Below are positions 63,201-64,000 of a stretch of 64,000 bases of DNA, piece after piece. Below the pieces are notes generated by a model. The model did no database searches and was not told the origin of the DNA. It worked only from the letters and a program-made list of their open reading frames with translations. This DNA is from Psilocybe cubensis. Lineage: Eukaryota. The stretch covers positions 744,001 to 808,000 of the forward strand of contig CM039002.1 in assembly GCA_017499595.2 (NCBI GenBank), read 5' to 3'. How positions within the stretch are numbered: the stretch's first letter is position 1; each line of letters begins with the position of its first letter. The translations under genes were made by a program, and so were the position numbers.

Positions 63201-64000
63201 TCTGTCGATGGATCCCATGCTTTGCATATAGAGGACATGCCCGTCCATGCACCATTTATACCTGCGGAACGCGCAGATAAAAAAGCGATCACGAGGCCAC
63301 TTTTCACTTCGAGCAAAACTTTCAATGCTGCTATTCAAGTTCAAGATGAGAAAGCAGAAGCAGAGCGAAGCCAATTCCACGCGTGGTCGGTCAGGGGCTG
63401 CTGTATGTCGTGTGAAGCGCTTGTGTTTCCAAGATAAGTAGTTGTTGAATGTGTTGTACCTGGTTAACTAGCTGAGTCTTTACAATGCGTCCGCGGCTGA
63501 TTGCTTAGTATGAAAATTCAAACTCCACACCACCATTGGTAAAAAAGCTTGAAAACAATTTTGTTCGAAGAGATAGTGCCTACCTGTCTCGTTTGAGGCG
63601 CATGTATGTTTAGAATGAATCAAGGTCTCGGGCTAAAAGAGGGACAAGAACATGCATAAAATTAGTGGCCCTGCGGAAGTTGTTGGATTAATATACCACA
63701 GCCGCTGCGCCGAGTTCGTAGGTCAAAATAGTGCCGTTCCAATGGTGCCTCGCGATTCTCTGGAGTGTACTCGACGAATCATCCATTATTCATTAAATAC
63801 AACACTGGGGAGTAAATACTGAACACAGGGTATAATATTCTAATCATTCTTATCTACTCATCCATTAGTGGGGGTTGGGTTGGTGTGGTTGATGTGTGGA
63901 AGGCCGAAAGCAGACAATCCTAATTATGCCGTTACTATGGACGTGTGTACATCGCAAGCGTATGTGGGGGTTGATTAGTTAGTAGAAGCGAGTACTGATA

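Overview
Eukaryotic, intron-rich fungal DNA, most consistent with an agaricomycete basidiomycete: introns are mostly short (about 50-80 nt) and GT-AG, and the gene families fit. Recognisable genes are a DUF2415/WD40-like gene with a very long low-complexity intron, PGS1, COQ4, RPL4, a C2H2 finger gene, a GPCR-like membrane gene, three DUF7918-like genes, a Zn2Cys6 factor, an F-box-like gene, an intron-containing tRNA-Leu(AAG) and two tandem aryl-alcohol-oxidase-like GMC oxidoreductases. Two regions stand out. (1) 24.4-32.2 kb is a compact five-gene ADP-ribosylation locus: two PARP-like transferases with an intact H-Y-E triad, one degenerate paralogue, a NADAR hydrolase, and a protein made only of the Cys/His finger array found on two of the transferases. 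(2) 7.3-10.8 kb is an array of about 21 units of 150-170 bp, each a conserved hairpin-forming exon plus a short intron with retained splice signals. It looks like a highly spliced repeat-exon, probably non-coding, transcript rather than plain satellite. All exon structures were assembled by eye; no database searches were run.
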